Made by a program: the position numbers and the translations under genes. Below are positions 38,811 through 51,900 of a stretch of 64,000 nt of DNA, piece after piece; the first letter of the stretch is position 1; every line of letters starts with the position of its first letter. The notes under the pieces are model-generated. The model saw only the letters and a program-made list of their open reading frames with translations, had not been told where the DNA came from and ran no database searches. This DNA comes from Owenia fusiformis. Lineage: Eukaryota. The DNA lies in NCBI GenBank assembly GCA_903813345.2, contig CAIIXF020000001.1, positions 47,802,001 through 47,866,000 of the forward strand, read 5' to 3'.

Positions 38811-39792
38811 CAGGGCGTATAAAAAAGCAACAAGTAGTTATCGCGTAAAATCACAAAACTAGTTATGACTACATCAATTTCATTTAATGTACCATAAAGC
38901 CATGTCTCTCCTCTTTGCAATGATGTCATTCATTCACAAGTGGTAATGGTTGGGTGAGAAATCCTTCCATTTGCACAGTGGGTCAAAATCGGCTCTGCAC
39001 CAAGTTTTAGATATTGAAAAAATCAGTGCAAGGGCTAAGTGCCAATGGAAGTTCCCCTGACTTGAATTGTTGTGACACTTTCTTTTGGAGCTATCTCAGG
39101 AGCATCTGTGCTTACAATTCCTCCTCCAGATATTGCAAAACCTCTAGAAAGATTTGCCCATGGGCTGTTTTTCTTTACTTTAACCCACACATGATTCAGG
39201 GCTGAACCATGCATGACGTGGACAGATGAGCGCATCTTTATGTGCAAGGAAGTGGTGGCAATTTGGAGGGGTATAGGATGTATTCTTGAAAGAGTATGAG
39301 TACGAACACTTTTCTGTCTATCCCATACCTGTCACACCTTCTTCCAATAGCCCCTATGCCCCTTGTGTTGACTTTTGCAATGTTTTAAACTTGGGTCCGA
39401 GCTGAATTTTGCCCCACTTTGCAAAATTAATGATTATTCGGCCAGCCATGACTCCCTGTGAATGAATGATATTCCATTGCAAAGCGGAGTAACTTGGATT
39501 TTTGGTACATTGAATTAAAAGGATGCAGTCAGCATTGGTTTTATGTTTTCGTCCAATATTGCATCGGGCTCCGTACACTGACAATGTTAATAACTTGGCC
39601 CGAAACTAATTTTGGCCCACTTTGCAAATGGAATGATTACTCGCCCAACCATGACCAAATATTAATGAATAATATGTCATTGTAAAGAGGAGACACGTGG
39701 CTTTATGGTGCATTGAATGAAATCAATGCTGTTATCACTGGTTTTGTGCTTTTCCAAGATAACAATCTGTTGCGTTTTTTTGATACGCATTG
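38811..39792 (+). mobile_element. Tc1/mariner deletion derivative, copy 1 (~980 bp)
   Basis: ta|cagggcgtataaaaaagcaac ... gttgcgtttttttgatacgcattg|ta. Internal remnant SPDLNCCDTFFWSYL resembles the SPDLNPxD..W transposase motif. Homologous to 53780-56725 in inverted orientation. Confidence 0.8.
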
Positions 39793-40076
39793 TACAAGAT
39801 GTCTTGGCAACAGACAGAGTAAAGTTAAAGACAAATCTTCGAAGGATCTTTCAGACAATTTATTTCAACTTTAAAAATCACACAACATTACGTGAAACTG
39901 CTACATCATGTAAGGCAGAAATGGGTAGATGCCCGCTGCTTATAAAATATTGTATAAATTCTTAATTTTTGGATCCACTTATAAACAGTCACCAATGCAA
40001 TATTGACTGGGCCCGGCCCGGCCCGGCTGCAGGCCTGTATTATTAATATTTTGTGGTCTTATTATTTAGTCCAGAC

Positions 40077-43000
40077 TTAGTCCAAAATCCAGATACAGTC
40101 GTCACCGGGTTTAGACACTCCAGTAAATTTTCCGTTCCTGATGGCCAAATATTTCTTGCCATATGCAGCAAATAGGACGACGCTACGCTCCCCTGTCGAG
40201 CACGTCTCATCAGCTATTATATTCCACTCTTCGGCCCCATAATGCTGACCCTTTGTGTAGATATAGTCACCATTGGGGTCATAGCCTGTAACCATAAGAC
40301 ATAATTATCAAAATAGTGTTATACGACACATATACAGGGTGGGCCAAAAAACGCCACTTTTTTCAAAATGCTATAACTTTTTTAATTTTTGATACAAAAT
40401 CATAATTTGCATACCAAATGAAACTTGAAGTTGTTATCTAGCCATGGATCATGAATTATACACTTTTACTTGAATAAAACATGTCATCAGCGTCTCAGTT
40501 AAACATGTGGTGTGCCATGACAAATAAGCATAATTTGCAAAATGTTCCTGAACTGATACGGCCTGATGACAGCCAATCTAATAGGTCTGATGCAAACCCC
40601 AGTGAGTATAGGGTATGGGAATGTCTCCAGGAGATTGTATTAAGGCACCCAATCTAAAAAATTGCTCAACTAAAGCCGGAAATTAGGATAGGTTGAAAAA
40701 ACTTAGCTAACATTTCATTGATACTGCTATATCAGCAAGGCGACTAAAACTAGAATCGATCATCAAATAGGGTGGCAGGCCAATTGAACTCCTCTTTTAG
40801 ATCAAATATAATCCACGCTGAAGGACTTGTTACATGATATTATTGCTAAGAACCCCTGGCCCTATATAACTGCAAAGTTTGGGGCATGTAGGTTGGAAAA
40901 TAAAAAAGTTGTAGTGTCTTGAAAAAAGTGGCGTTTTTTGGCCAACCCTGTACATACAGGGTGTCTCAAAAAAATGTACCCAAAAGTATATCAAGAGCAC
41001 AGATCAACCAATCAATATTTTCAGACATTTTTTGCATGGTCATGTAGCCAAAATATGAAAGTTTTCTCCCCAATACACCATTTTTATTTCAGTCTTGTCT
41101 TTTTGATGCTTTAACCCTTTACCTTTTACACCACAAAATCGATGTAACCTCATATTTCGATCTGTATCTTTACTGCTACATTGTTCATTACATTTGATAA
41201 TAATTCCGGTGAAATGTTTTGGATTTCTCTTTGGATGTTGCCTTTAAGTTATTCTAGGTCTTTTTGCTTGGAATGAGCATTAAAACACTCCTTAAAATAG
41301 CCACAGAGAAAGATGTTTGAGGATGACGATGGCAGAAGAAACATAGATAATCAGGTCAATTATCGGCAAATGATTCAGGAGTTACCTTCCAGAGATAGGC
41401 AGGCTAGCCTGGAGACCAAATGATTTTTAAATGAAAACACAGTGGTCTCATATTGATACACATAACAAAAGCTACACTAGAATCCCAATCAATGCAGTTT
41501 CTTGAACCTCTGACCTCTCTGTATAAGGGGGCTATAAGACATTGTGAGGGCCTCACTATTCACCATATTTGACGGCCCATACTTTTTTCTCTGAGGCTAT
41601 TTGAAGGACCATTTTCATGCTAAACCCAAGCTAAGAGACCTAGAACAACATAAGACCAGCATCCAAACAGAAATCAAAACATTCCACCAGAAATATCAAA
41701 TGTGATGAACAATGTAGTAGTAAGGATGCAGACTGTCATCGAAATATGACTTTACATTTAATATGTGTTGTAAAAGGTAATGGGTTAAAGTATCAAAAAG
41801 GCAAAACTGAATTAAAAACTGTGTATAGGGGAAAAAACTTTCATCTTTTATCTACAAGACCATGCAAAAAATGTCTGAAAATATTGATTGGTTTGTCTAT
41901 GGTGTTGATATACTTTTGGGTACATTTTTTTGAGACACCCTATATATTTATTGGAGATTTACGCATTCTAATAACTACTACAATACTATACCCCCGAGAT
42001 GATATCACAACTAATAAATACTTGAATGGGTTTTTGCATAATAAATCGTTTTATTAAATTCATTACAATTATAGTATCAAAATGTTTGATTTTGTGATTC
42101 AGTCATTTGCATTAAATTAAATGCTTGCCATATTTTCTATTAGGGTCATGATGACAACATCATTGCTTAATTGTATGGGTGGGATGAAATAAAAAGACTT
42201 GTTCATGATGTGAGAAGAGGATAGAACTTGTAGAACTGAGTGTTTGAAAAATGAATTTATACATGAAATCCCCTAAAAATGCATTTAATGAACCCCGGGT
42301 AATGAACATTCGACCACCAAGAAAAGTTGCACGGGTCGTGCATAAACCTTTTTCATCCGTCCAATGTTTCGATCAAGGCTACAGTTTCAAATTAGTAATC
42401 TTAGACAAATGAAAATGATGAATACAATTCAAACTTACCAAGGTATCCATTGGAGTGGAAGTTCTTGTAGAAGTAGACTTCTGATCCCTTCTTAGACTCC
42501 TCCACCCAGTAGCTTGTATCCTTAGGCGTGTCTGTTGTTACAAGATTGCTCCTGTTGCCACTGGCTGGATGGAACTTCACTTCACCTGTGATGTAAAGTA
42601 GAAACATTGTTTTAGTTCAATTGTGTACGTCTCCATCAAGAATTAGGCAATCTAGATATCCTCAAAAATTCTAGAGGCAGCAAAGCAAATTTTTGTTCGC
42701 AGCATTCATTAGGCATATATTTTCAAACCAGTCCAAAGATCTTATTTAATTGTTTGGATTTTTAATTTTAAACTCTTCTGAATCTCAAATGCTCGATAAT
42801 TTTCAGATTATTTTGATCGGATATTTCAAGTTTTTTCCGGATATTACCTTGGTATACAATAGAAACATTGGCATTGCATATTGCTACTCTCAAATACCAA
42901 GTATTTTCCCTTATATCATATATTGAATATATAACATCATGCATATCAAATTATCTAATATTTAATTTACATTTTTTAATTTTTTCAGTTTGTACCTGAT

Positions 43001-45325
43001 TCTGCAAGGTATTTTCCCGACAGCTTATGTCTAAACGCTCTGCCAGGCTTTTTCTCTACCGTTACTTTGGGAGCTGCCTTGATAGCTGGTTCTTGAGGAG
43101 GAGGGATCATTTTGATGTTGTCCCCCACTTGGTGCATTATCTCTTTGATAAGAGAATCAATTCGTTTGGCCATATTAGTTTCTTCTCTGAAACAAGATTA
43201 TATATTCACATATTTGTAAAAATGGCTTATACATGTATTGTCACATTACCTAGCCATAGCAATAAAAAGATATATTATAAAAGAGTGAAGCTCTAATTTG
43301 CAACAAAACTTCCATTTTGCAAGATCTAAGCCCTTTGCACAAGAGAAGCATGGTACATTACAATATAAATGGTTCGGGCCCGGAGCCAGGATTTTTCAAT
43401 TGGGGTTCGACTTTTAGTGTTTAGTGTGCGTGTGCGCGACGCCCACCTCCCGTTTCACTATGCTTTGATTTTGCCTCTAAAGGTATATGAAGTTGCCTAA
43501 AAAAGCTTAGACTCTAGTTAAACAAATATTGTATTTTTATAGGGTTAGTTATCTTTTCAAACCATAAAACTAACCCTATAAAAATATGACTAACGGAGGC
43601 CAAATAATAATTTATGATATCACCGTACCTGAAATCTATCCAAAGAAGACCGGCAGTGATGATACCTAGCCACTGAGTGGCCTTGAAGCCCCGTTGAGTC
43701 ATGCATGGGATGATAGTCTTGTCAAGAGAATCTGTGTAGTTAAGTTCCTTCTTGCAATTCTTGGATTCCTGAAAGTCAAATATAAGTTACAAACTTTAAG
43801 GTCTAAAGTCTTTTTGTAGTGCCTATGTTCAGTAGAAATTGATACCTTACGTAAGGAAATTATTTTGGTTGACCTCGACCTACTGTGGAGTGATCATTAC
43901 GAATGGTCATATCATTGTTCTCCATAGCATTGATACAAAATTTATAAAAGCAACAATAATTTCGAACATGCCGCATGGCAAACTCTTACTTGCTATCTAT
44001 TAATTGTGTTCTTAATTATGTTATGTTTTAATAATGTTGATACGTGTTATTAATACTTCGAGCGGTACGTACATGTAGACACTTACCTGATATTTTGGAG
44101 ACATGAAGCAGATTACAGCTATTGCATTGTCAACACCATGAGCCATGCTGAAAATATAAATAAAACATTTACACAGACCCTATGTTTAATTTCGCAATTT
44201 TGTCTTCTTTTTCAGAAAAGGAATAAAAGTGGCCATTATCATGTTTTTCTTATTCTTAATATCAATCACATTTTCTGCTCGGACATATACGGAGACCAGT
44301 GCTCATTTGGTTGTTTTGTATGATTTTGTCGTTGTAGTCTCTTGGATACTAAAATTGTGTTTCATATGTACATGTACTAGTATGTAAAATGTAGTTAATT
44401 GTTGGATTTACACTAGAGCCTTAGGACGTCTTGGCTAAAACGTTTTAGCGTTAAAACGTTTTACAAATGTAATGTAAATCCAGATTTACTCAAGAGCTAT
44501 CGGCTAAGAGCGCTTAGCTAAAACGTTTTAGGACCCTAATCATAGCCAAGACGTCTTAACGTTAAAACGTTTTACAAGCGAGTGTAAATCCATCGGTTTT
44601 AGCTAAAAGCTCTTAACCCGTTTTTTGCAATGCGCCGAACGAAACATTTGAAACTTTCCATTTACATATGTCGCATGGTCCTTTCTTTTGTCTTTTCCCT
44701 TGTTCCTATTATCATCCCAAAATTATTGTGAAGAACTTATTTGCCTGGCGATCTGTCATTATCCTAATTTGTACATAAAATCTTCCTGCTCTCTTTCCTG
44801 CTTTTAACAATGCTGGCTTTAGGACATTTTTTGTGAAACCGATGCATTCTTTAGCACAATGTATATAGAAGCGGGAAAGGAATACATATATCGACTGAAC
44901 CGTCCTTCAACCAGTACTGAACTGCTTTTTTCATTTTACATGTATACCTACATATCTCTAAGACGTTTTAGAAAAACAGGTGTAAACTCAATCATATTTC
45001 GTAAGACTTTTTGAAAATGGTGGTGTAAACTCAACATAATTTTTCTAAAACGTTTAATAGCCAAGACGTCTTGGAATGTCGCGTGTAGTGTAAATAGGGC
45101 TAATATACATTACATGTACATACACAACATATAAATAACTTGGTACAATAGGGCATTTTTATGGCCTCATATGTATAGAACATCATACCTATCATTTATG
45201 TTTCCGCTCATACCACCTTCCTTTATGTCCATCCAAGCAGGGATTCCATTGGCCATTAGTCCATTAAATACCTGCTCTACCATCTTCTGCTTGTCCCACT
45301 GGTAGGACAACATCACGTGCGTCAT
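40077..45325 (-). CDS. TIR_2-type domain fused to a fascin-like beta-trefoil domain; 6 coding exons, 294 aa
   Basis: Exons 45325-45189, 44147-44087, 43768-43629, 43186-42996, 42585-42439 and 40285-40077: GT-AG, phases 2,0,2,1,1, 885 nt with no internal stop. TIR motifs: HVMLSYQW, AWMDI, SMAHGVDNA, FMSPKYQESKNCKKEL, IIPC, WLG, WIDF. After a Pro-rich linker come three repeats: FRHKLSGKYLA..YW, YKNFHSNGYLG..EW, LFAAYGKKYLA..IW. Confidence 0.88.
40335..40950 (+). mobile_element. Tc1/mariner-derived MITE in TIR-gene intron 5
   Basis: ta|cagggtgggccaaaaaacgccactttttt ... aaaaaagtggcgttttttggccaaccctg|ta. Degenerate transposase C-terminal remnant SDANPSEYRVWECLQEIV. Confidence 0.85.
40957..41942. 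mobile_element. Second Tc1/mariner-type foldback MITE, 6 bp from the previous one
   Basis: ta|cagggtgtctcaaaaaaatgtacccaaaagtatatcaa ... ttgatatacttttgggtacatttttttgagacaccct. Long inverted arms of roughly 250 bp. Confidence 0.85.
44404..45102. repeat. Palindrome-rich MITE-like element (tttacac/gtgtaaa and aaaacgtttt repeats) in TIR-gene intron 1
   Basis: atttacacta... / ...tagtgtaaatagggc ends, with repeated agacgtcttggctaaaacgtttta palindromes. TSD unclear. Confidence 0.5.
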
Positions 45326-48300
45326 TTTCACCAGGGAACTAAAATAGGTTAAATATTTGACATGTGTAAAGTAAAGACTATGGTACATAGACTAGTTTTG
45401 AATTTTAGAAAAACATAAATCACAAAGAAATGCGTGACCTTCGCGACCATGACCATGGCCATCAAATTATATATATTAATTGTGTTATACTTACTTAGTA
45501 GGCTACTGTATTGCACATAACATGTAATGTCACATAATTATATAATTACATAATTGATTATTCAGACGTTTAAATTAACATTCATTGAAATTTCAACAAA
45601 TACTAACTGCACTCGCTCTCCCCAAATTGTCTGGTGTTTTATCCAGGACTGTATGCGTAAGCCTCTATTTGCTCTGAATATCGAACGTCAAAGATATCGT
45701 ATATTTCAAAATTTGGAAATGTAATATATAATATATACGTAAATATTTTACCTTGGAACGTATCACATTATACGTGAGCAACAGAGATGTTTTCCTCGAA
45801 ACCCTTTGGCTCTTCGTAAAAAGAATGCTGGACTGTCTCCGATGGTATGAGAATGTCCTGTTTTGTATGGTCACTATTGTATGTGCCTTTTCCACAATAT
45901 AGTAACTCTATGATGCTTAATAGAATACTACATGCGAGGCATAAATATATAAGGTTCCACCAATAATCAATATAAGCCTACATAGTACAGGTACACACAG
46001 TGTTAAACCTATAACAAAGGGTTGCAGTTATTCAGAGTTCTTATATTATTATATAGACTTAGACTAGTGTAGTCTAAATAAATACGGTAGTACCAAATCA
46101 ATACAGCTAAAAGGTTAGTTAAATTACATTCGGAAAGGAATAAATATTTTTAAACAAAATGAAAAAACAGCCATAGTGTTTCCTGTTGACCATTGCGAAT
46201 TATTTATTATTTGTGTTTATGGATTACGGCGACGGCTTTCTTAATAGATGTTGACTCTTTGAATTGCCTGTGGACATCGAGACTGGATTTCGTTTAGATC
46301 TATCCCACATCATTTGAGACTGAATACTCTTTTATGAGTACTGGTATCTACACCTATTTTTGATGTTATGAATTGGCTTTCAATTTGTTCTTCAACATAA
46401 TGTAAAATAATGTCTTCGGTATGAATGAAATGTCCCTTGGTATTCTATTCCTGGGTTGTGATATTGGTTCTCGATTGGAGGGGAGGGGTATATTACACAG
46501 TATTTATCTTTTACACGTTGGATCATGGTTTTGGGATATATACCGGTCTCTTTTCAGTTGACATGTCTATATACAGTTTGCTTTTCTTGCTAGATTTTTT
46601 CACAGTTTTTGGTCCTTTGGCATTTGTGCTTAGATATTGAAATGCATATATTTGTTGATTACAGTCCTGTACTGCTCTGTTTTTGTTGACTTGTTTTCAT
46701 TGACTAAGCTGTAGCAACAGTGACTGCAAGTGTTCGGGTGACATCTTTCAATTCAATAGAAAAACAAAAAATATGGGATTGTTTTTCTCTTGCTACTTTT
46801 TGGATTACCTTTCTGTCAGGTGTTCTTACACACTTTTTAATTCACTTTTGCATGAAACAACAATTCGAGTATAAGAAATAAAAGAATATTAAACTAACAC
46901 AGATTTATAATGGAAGTCCATGTGTATTATAAAAACAATACTCAATAACATACACGTTTGTATTTAAATCATTACATCTCATCAACAATTAAACAATAAA
47001 AACACATCAATTTCGCCTTCAGCTTTTCAAAATTCTCATCTTTAACAAAACACGAATTTTATATACATGTGTACAGTAGGAAATTATCATAAGCGATATA
47101 CATGATCCTGGAATGAACATTCTTTCCTATCAGTTATTTTATTTTCCAAAAGAAGTATTCAAGTTCAGAAATACTTTGAGTATGATATTTTTGTTTATTA
47201 AATTATGTTTTGAACACATTTTCAGTAATTCCAGTGTACATAGTTTCAATCTAATATGTTTGAAAACGATCCCGTGTTGTTCGGAGAAAAACCAAAATAT
47301 CAATCTACTTTTACTTTTTTAGAATTACAATACAATAAGCATTTTCTATGGTATTTCATCAATGCCAGCATTGATGAGTTATCAAAAAAGGAAAAATATA
47401 CTCTAGCATATCTATCAATGTATAGCCAGGAGACAAAGTACTTTATGTGAAAAGTCTGAATTTCGGATACAAAGTTAGGTTTTGACAGAATAACGTTTAT
47501 TTCAATAAAGATAAGGCCCTGGAGTCATTATGAATGACTGAAATATCCATGCAATAAAAGCAATCACATGTCTTTATACCTCCTATATAATAATATGTTT
47601 ATCCCATATATAAAATACAAAATTATATTTTACCAAGTGTGGAATAACATGCTTATTTTAGACTTCTCAGTTCAGATTATTGGTACCAGTAGTGCTACTG
47701 GTTCAACTTTACAATTGGTGCTAAATGTACATTTATAGAAACGTATAGACCACACATTGAGTATGAAGAGAAAAGTGAGGTATGTATCACAAGTTATTGA
47801 CATTATACACATGATATTGAAACAATAGTTCTGTTCAAAACTGTAAAATATGAACTTTATAAACACGAATGCATAGCTTTTGTTAATGTTTCAATGAAAT
47901 CTGAACTCAGTTTGACTTCATCCAACTTGCTTGAACTGATGAAATAATAGGATTTGAGACAGTATTTTGGAACTATTTGCAAATAAGGAATACAATTTTA
48001 CATTGTATCATTCAAGTTCATGTATATTATATTCTGTATACATTTTGAACATGGCATACGATAGGTACATGCATATCTTGCATTTAGATATGTGACTGAG
48101 GTTACATATGATAGCCAGTATATACACAATATTTATGAACCAAAATTCAAAACTCCATGCTCTAAGGTCTATCATCTGAGTTCCGAGGGCTGACTGAAAA
48201 GTCGATTTTTACTACTGTATTCAATTTCAACCATCTACTTTCATAGTTCCTTTGGTATTTGCATTCTAAAACATTGACAAATTGGCCCGGAAAATTGGGA

Positions 48301-48904
48301 TAACAGAATCATTATATTCTTCATTCACATATGTTATGTCTAATGACTAAACATTATGAATGAAGTTCATTTAATGAAATAATGCGAACACAAACAATTT
48401 AATGATGACTTGATGTAGACACGTGTTAGCAACAAGATTTGATGATGACAAAATTAAGCCTGCAACGTTTGCACCATATTTACTACTATTTACACCTCTT
48501 ATATGTTCACCATATCTCAGTCCATAATATACATCTTACATTTGACACCAGATGCCACTAAAGTCCAGCTGCAAATCCTTTGCTGAATTTTCATGTTGTT
48601 GGCATCATACATTGCACACCAAGGCAAAAAGTGAACATCCTCTGTGCACTTTTGGCCTGTCTTTATTATTATCTACTCAGTGCATAGTACATCACAATGC
48701 ACATATAGTTTGATGCCAAAGGCAGTGCAAAGTAGTGATGTTACACCAAAACAATGCACATTTTGTCGCCTGTGGCAGTTCATATATATCAGTACATCAA
48801 AATGTACCACTGGTTGCCTTTCTATTCAAGGCAGTGCATAGATTACACATTGTCTCCCTGTTTTGAGGTATAAGCTCATGGATATATGATGTCATAACCT
48901 TCGG

Positions 48905-51900
48905 TTATTGCTTCGATGACATCATCTTCTTAAATTCTGAAAGGGAATATTATGATTGTTAATTTATAGGAAAGAACATGTAATCATCTGAACCATATAA
49001 TCATTCACTCATAATAGTTCTAATGTTGCCCTTAGTTTTTTAGGAATGTTGGAAAACAGATGCCTTTAAACATATCAAGTTGGGTTACTAGCTATAGCGT
49101 TTCTTTGACAATTAACATCACAGAATTAAGATTGATCATGAGCAAACCTTCATAATTTATTTTTCCATCGCCATCAAGATCAGCTTCTTGAATCATAGAA
49201 TCAACATCTGCATCTGAAAGATCTTCACCTGGAAAATAAGCAACAAGTCCAGGAATTGGTGTCCAAAATATCATTTCACAAATAATTCCATGAGAATATA
49301 TTTTGTAAATTGTGTTTTTATTACAGTATTATTATGTCACCTTGACAACCATTCAACGAATGGCACTGGTTGAGTTATTGGTTATAAAATGCAGTGCAGT
49401 TATATGAAATACTGTGTTTGGATTGGCTGGAATCGCACATTCACTGCCTAGCTATGTGTTAAATGGTGTTGAGACTCTAAGCCGATTCAGCTGAAGTACA
49501 TGAAACTTTGTGCATGATGTTACGGTAGTTTCATCTTACTTTCCGTTTTACTTCATTTTACATGTACTTGAATGCATACTTATTGGTGTCCAAATTAGAA
49601 TTTTATCCACTAAGTGGTCGTATTGCCATGATGAGCCCGGTCTTATAATTTAAGGCCAGGGTGCATGTTCGGAATTTTTCTGCATTCCTCAATTGAGCCA
49701 CATGTTATTTTTCAAACAGAAATCACTCCTTCCTCACATTATCTACGTCTTTAAGTTTTGCACAGAGTACACTTATGTGCCTAAAAAAGACTAGTGAGAA
49801 GATTTGTCTTTTAAAATGTATAAAAAATGAGAAAATTCAGTGAAAAGATTTTCTGAAAATTTTCTGATTTTTTTCACTGAACTTTCTTGTTTTTTATACA
49901 TTTTATCAAAACATTCTTCTTTACATTCTTTTCTAGGTACATCAGTGCACTCGTTACGCAAAAGTGAGAGATGTAGACATTGTGGGGAAGGAGTGAATCA
50001 AATTTGAAAAATAACATGTGACCCTATTGAGGGTTGCAGTAAAATTCCGAACATGCACCCTGACCTTAAACACAGAACTCAAAAAGTTTACAAGTAACTC
50101 CAACTCAGCCTGCCTACATTTACTTCCACCTTTAGTATCTTACTTTCACTTACCTAAATTTTTCATGGCATGTTTTAGTTCAGCTGCTGTGATAAAACCA
50201 TCTCCATCTAAATCAAATACTTTGAAAGAGTCTCTCATCTCCCTCTCATTTTTAATATCAGTGTCGTCTTCCTGCCCTAGAGCAAGAGACATCCGCCTTC
50301 TAGTCATCATCGCCATGAAGTCGTGAAATGAAACTTTTCCTACCCCTGAAACACACGAATGAAAGGTTTGGTTAGAATGATTGTGAACATATATTCGCAT
50401 AAACAACTAACGCTAGTATTACCAAAGCTCGTATGGCGCGTTTGATATGATGTGGTTAACTCTCGAACTTATTGAAGTATACTTATACCTGCTGGTGTCA
50501 ACAATGACAAATCGAACAGTAAAAACTCTGCACGCAGAGTTATTAGCAGTGTTTTATTTCCTTCAAATTCAGTATTTAATATAAGAACTAACCAAACGAC
50601 GAATAGTAGAATGTAAGACAATATATTCTACACTGTTAAATTCTACAGTCTACAGTAAACTGTAAAACTCTAAATTATATGGTTCAAGACTCTGTGGTCT
50701 ATATGTTATTTTCTCTGGTGACGTATTTCCCTAGTTTCTTTTGGAAAGCATCCTTGTTGCATCTCGTGTTAGATGATCTAGAAGTGAATTCTTCGTACGA
50801 TAAGTGAATACATGTGGAATTTTAATTTGATGCAATCCTCATTGGAGTCAAATGTTATTTACAGGAACGCACATCTCATTCTATATACGGTCTATACCTT
50901 CAAATTTTGCAATAAAACCGCACTAAATATGCCTAATAAGAGTGAAGGGACGAATGTTTTTATAAAATATCAAATATGAGATAAGTCAGTGAAACATTTT
51001 TTAGAATAAGTAATCATTAATCATCATTTACCAAAAGAAGCTAAGATGATGCAAGGTAAGTTTCTTAAATAATGGTTGTACCAAAGGTGCATGGATTTTC
51101 AGTAGCCTGTTCGCCGTTTTTCAAAGATTGTACTTTTTACCAAATAAAACACTCAATGTACACTGTTATTTGTTTACGTCCTGTCTGATAAGATGCCTAC
51201 AGAATTCTGCAGCGCATATACCATCAACAGCTAGCTGAGCCTTGAAAACATGATCCTAGATCCAGGCATGGATGTTAGCCCTATCAGTGAATAAACAAAT
51301 GATTTATCTGTCTAACAAACTTGTAAAACATAACTCATCAAACTAAAAGCCTCATGAACGTTTTTAAGCATATTTACCTCAAGACAATATTTGTACAATA
51401 TAAATTTTCTTTACATGTTTGAAGTCGATCAATGACCTTCAACTCTCCACGTGGTTTATGAGTTATAATATCCACCATTAAATTAATTTGTTCTAAATAT
51501 ATCCCTTTAGTATATCGATTAAATGTCAAACTACATCTGTTGAACAAAGGTCAATGGAATAGCACATATGTATGAAAAAATAATTGCCACGTTTGTTATT
51601 AATATATATCAAAAGTTAGTATTTCATCTATTTATGTCTAAGGTCTACATTCCCTATTCACATATGTTTGTAGGTTAACTCTTACAGCCAAAAAAACACT
51701 AATCATTATAGGCTATATGCGTTTTATTTTTTATATGTGTTTTGCACGTTCGTGTTGCAGTTTTCTCCATGTTGTTTTAAATATATTAATCTAAATTACT
51801 GCTAAATATGTTTTAGTAAAGAATCTCATACTTACCAAATTGTTTTGTGCATGTGGTTCCAAGCTCAGTCTAACACACTTACAATACTTAACTATCTTAA

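Noticed and set aside
39014..39205. ORF with SPDLNCCD motif, and its counterpart at 54369-54620, as functional genes
   Set aside because: Short remnants of a Tc1/mariner transposase inside non-autonomous elements.
51830..51860. Strong minus-strand splice donor (TG|gtaagt) with a nearby ATG inside the EF-hand gene
   Set aside because: The ATG frame is incompatible with the next exon; it could be a non-coding alternative first exon, but nothing in the sequence supports that.
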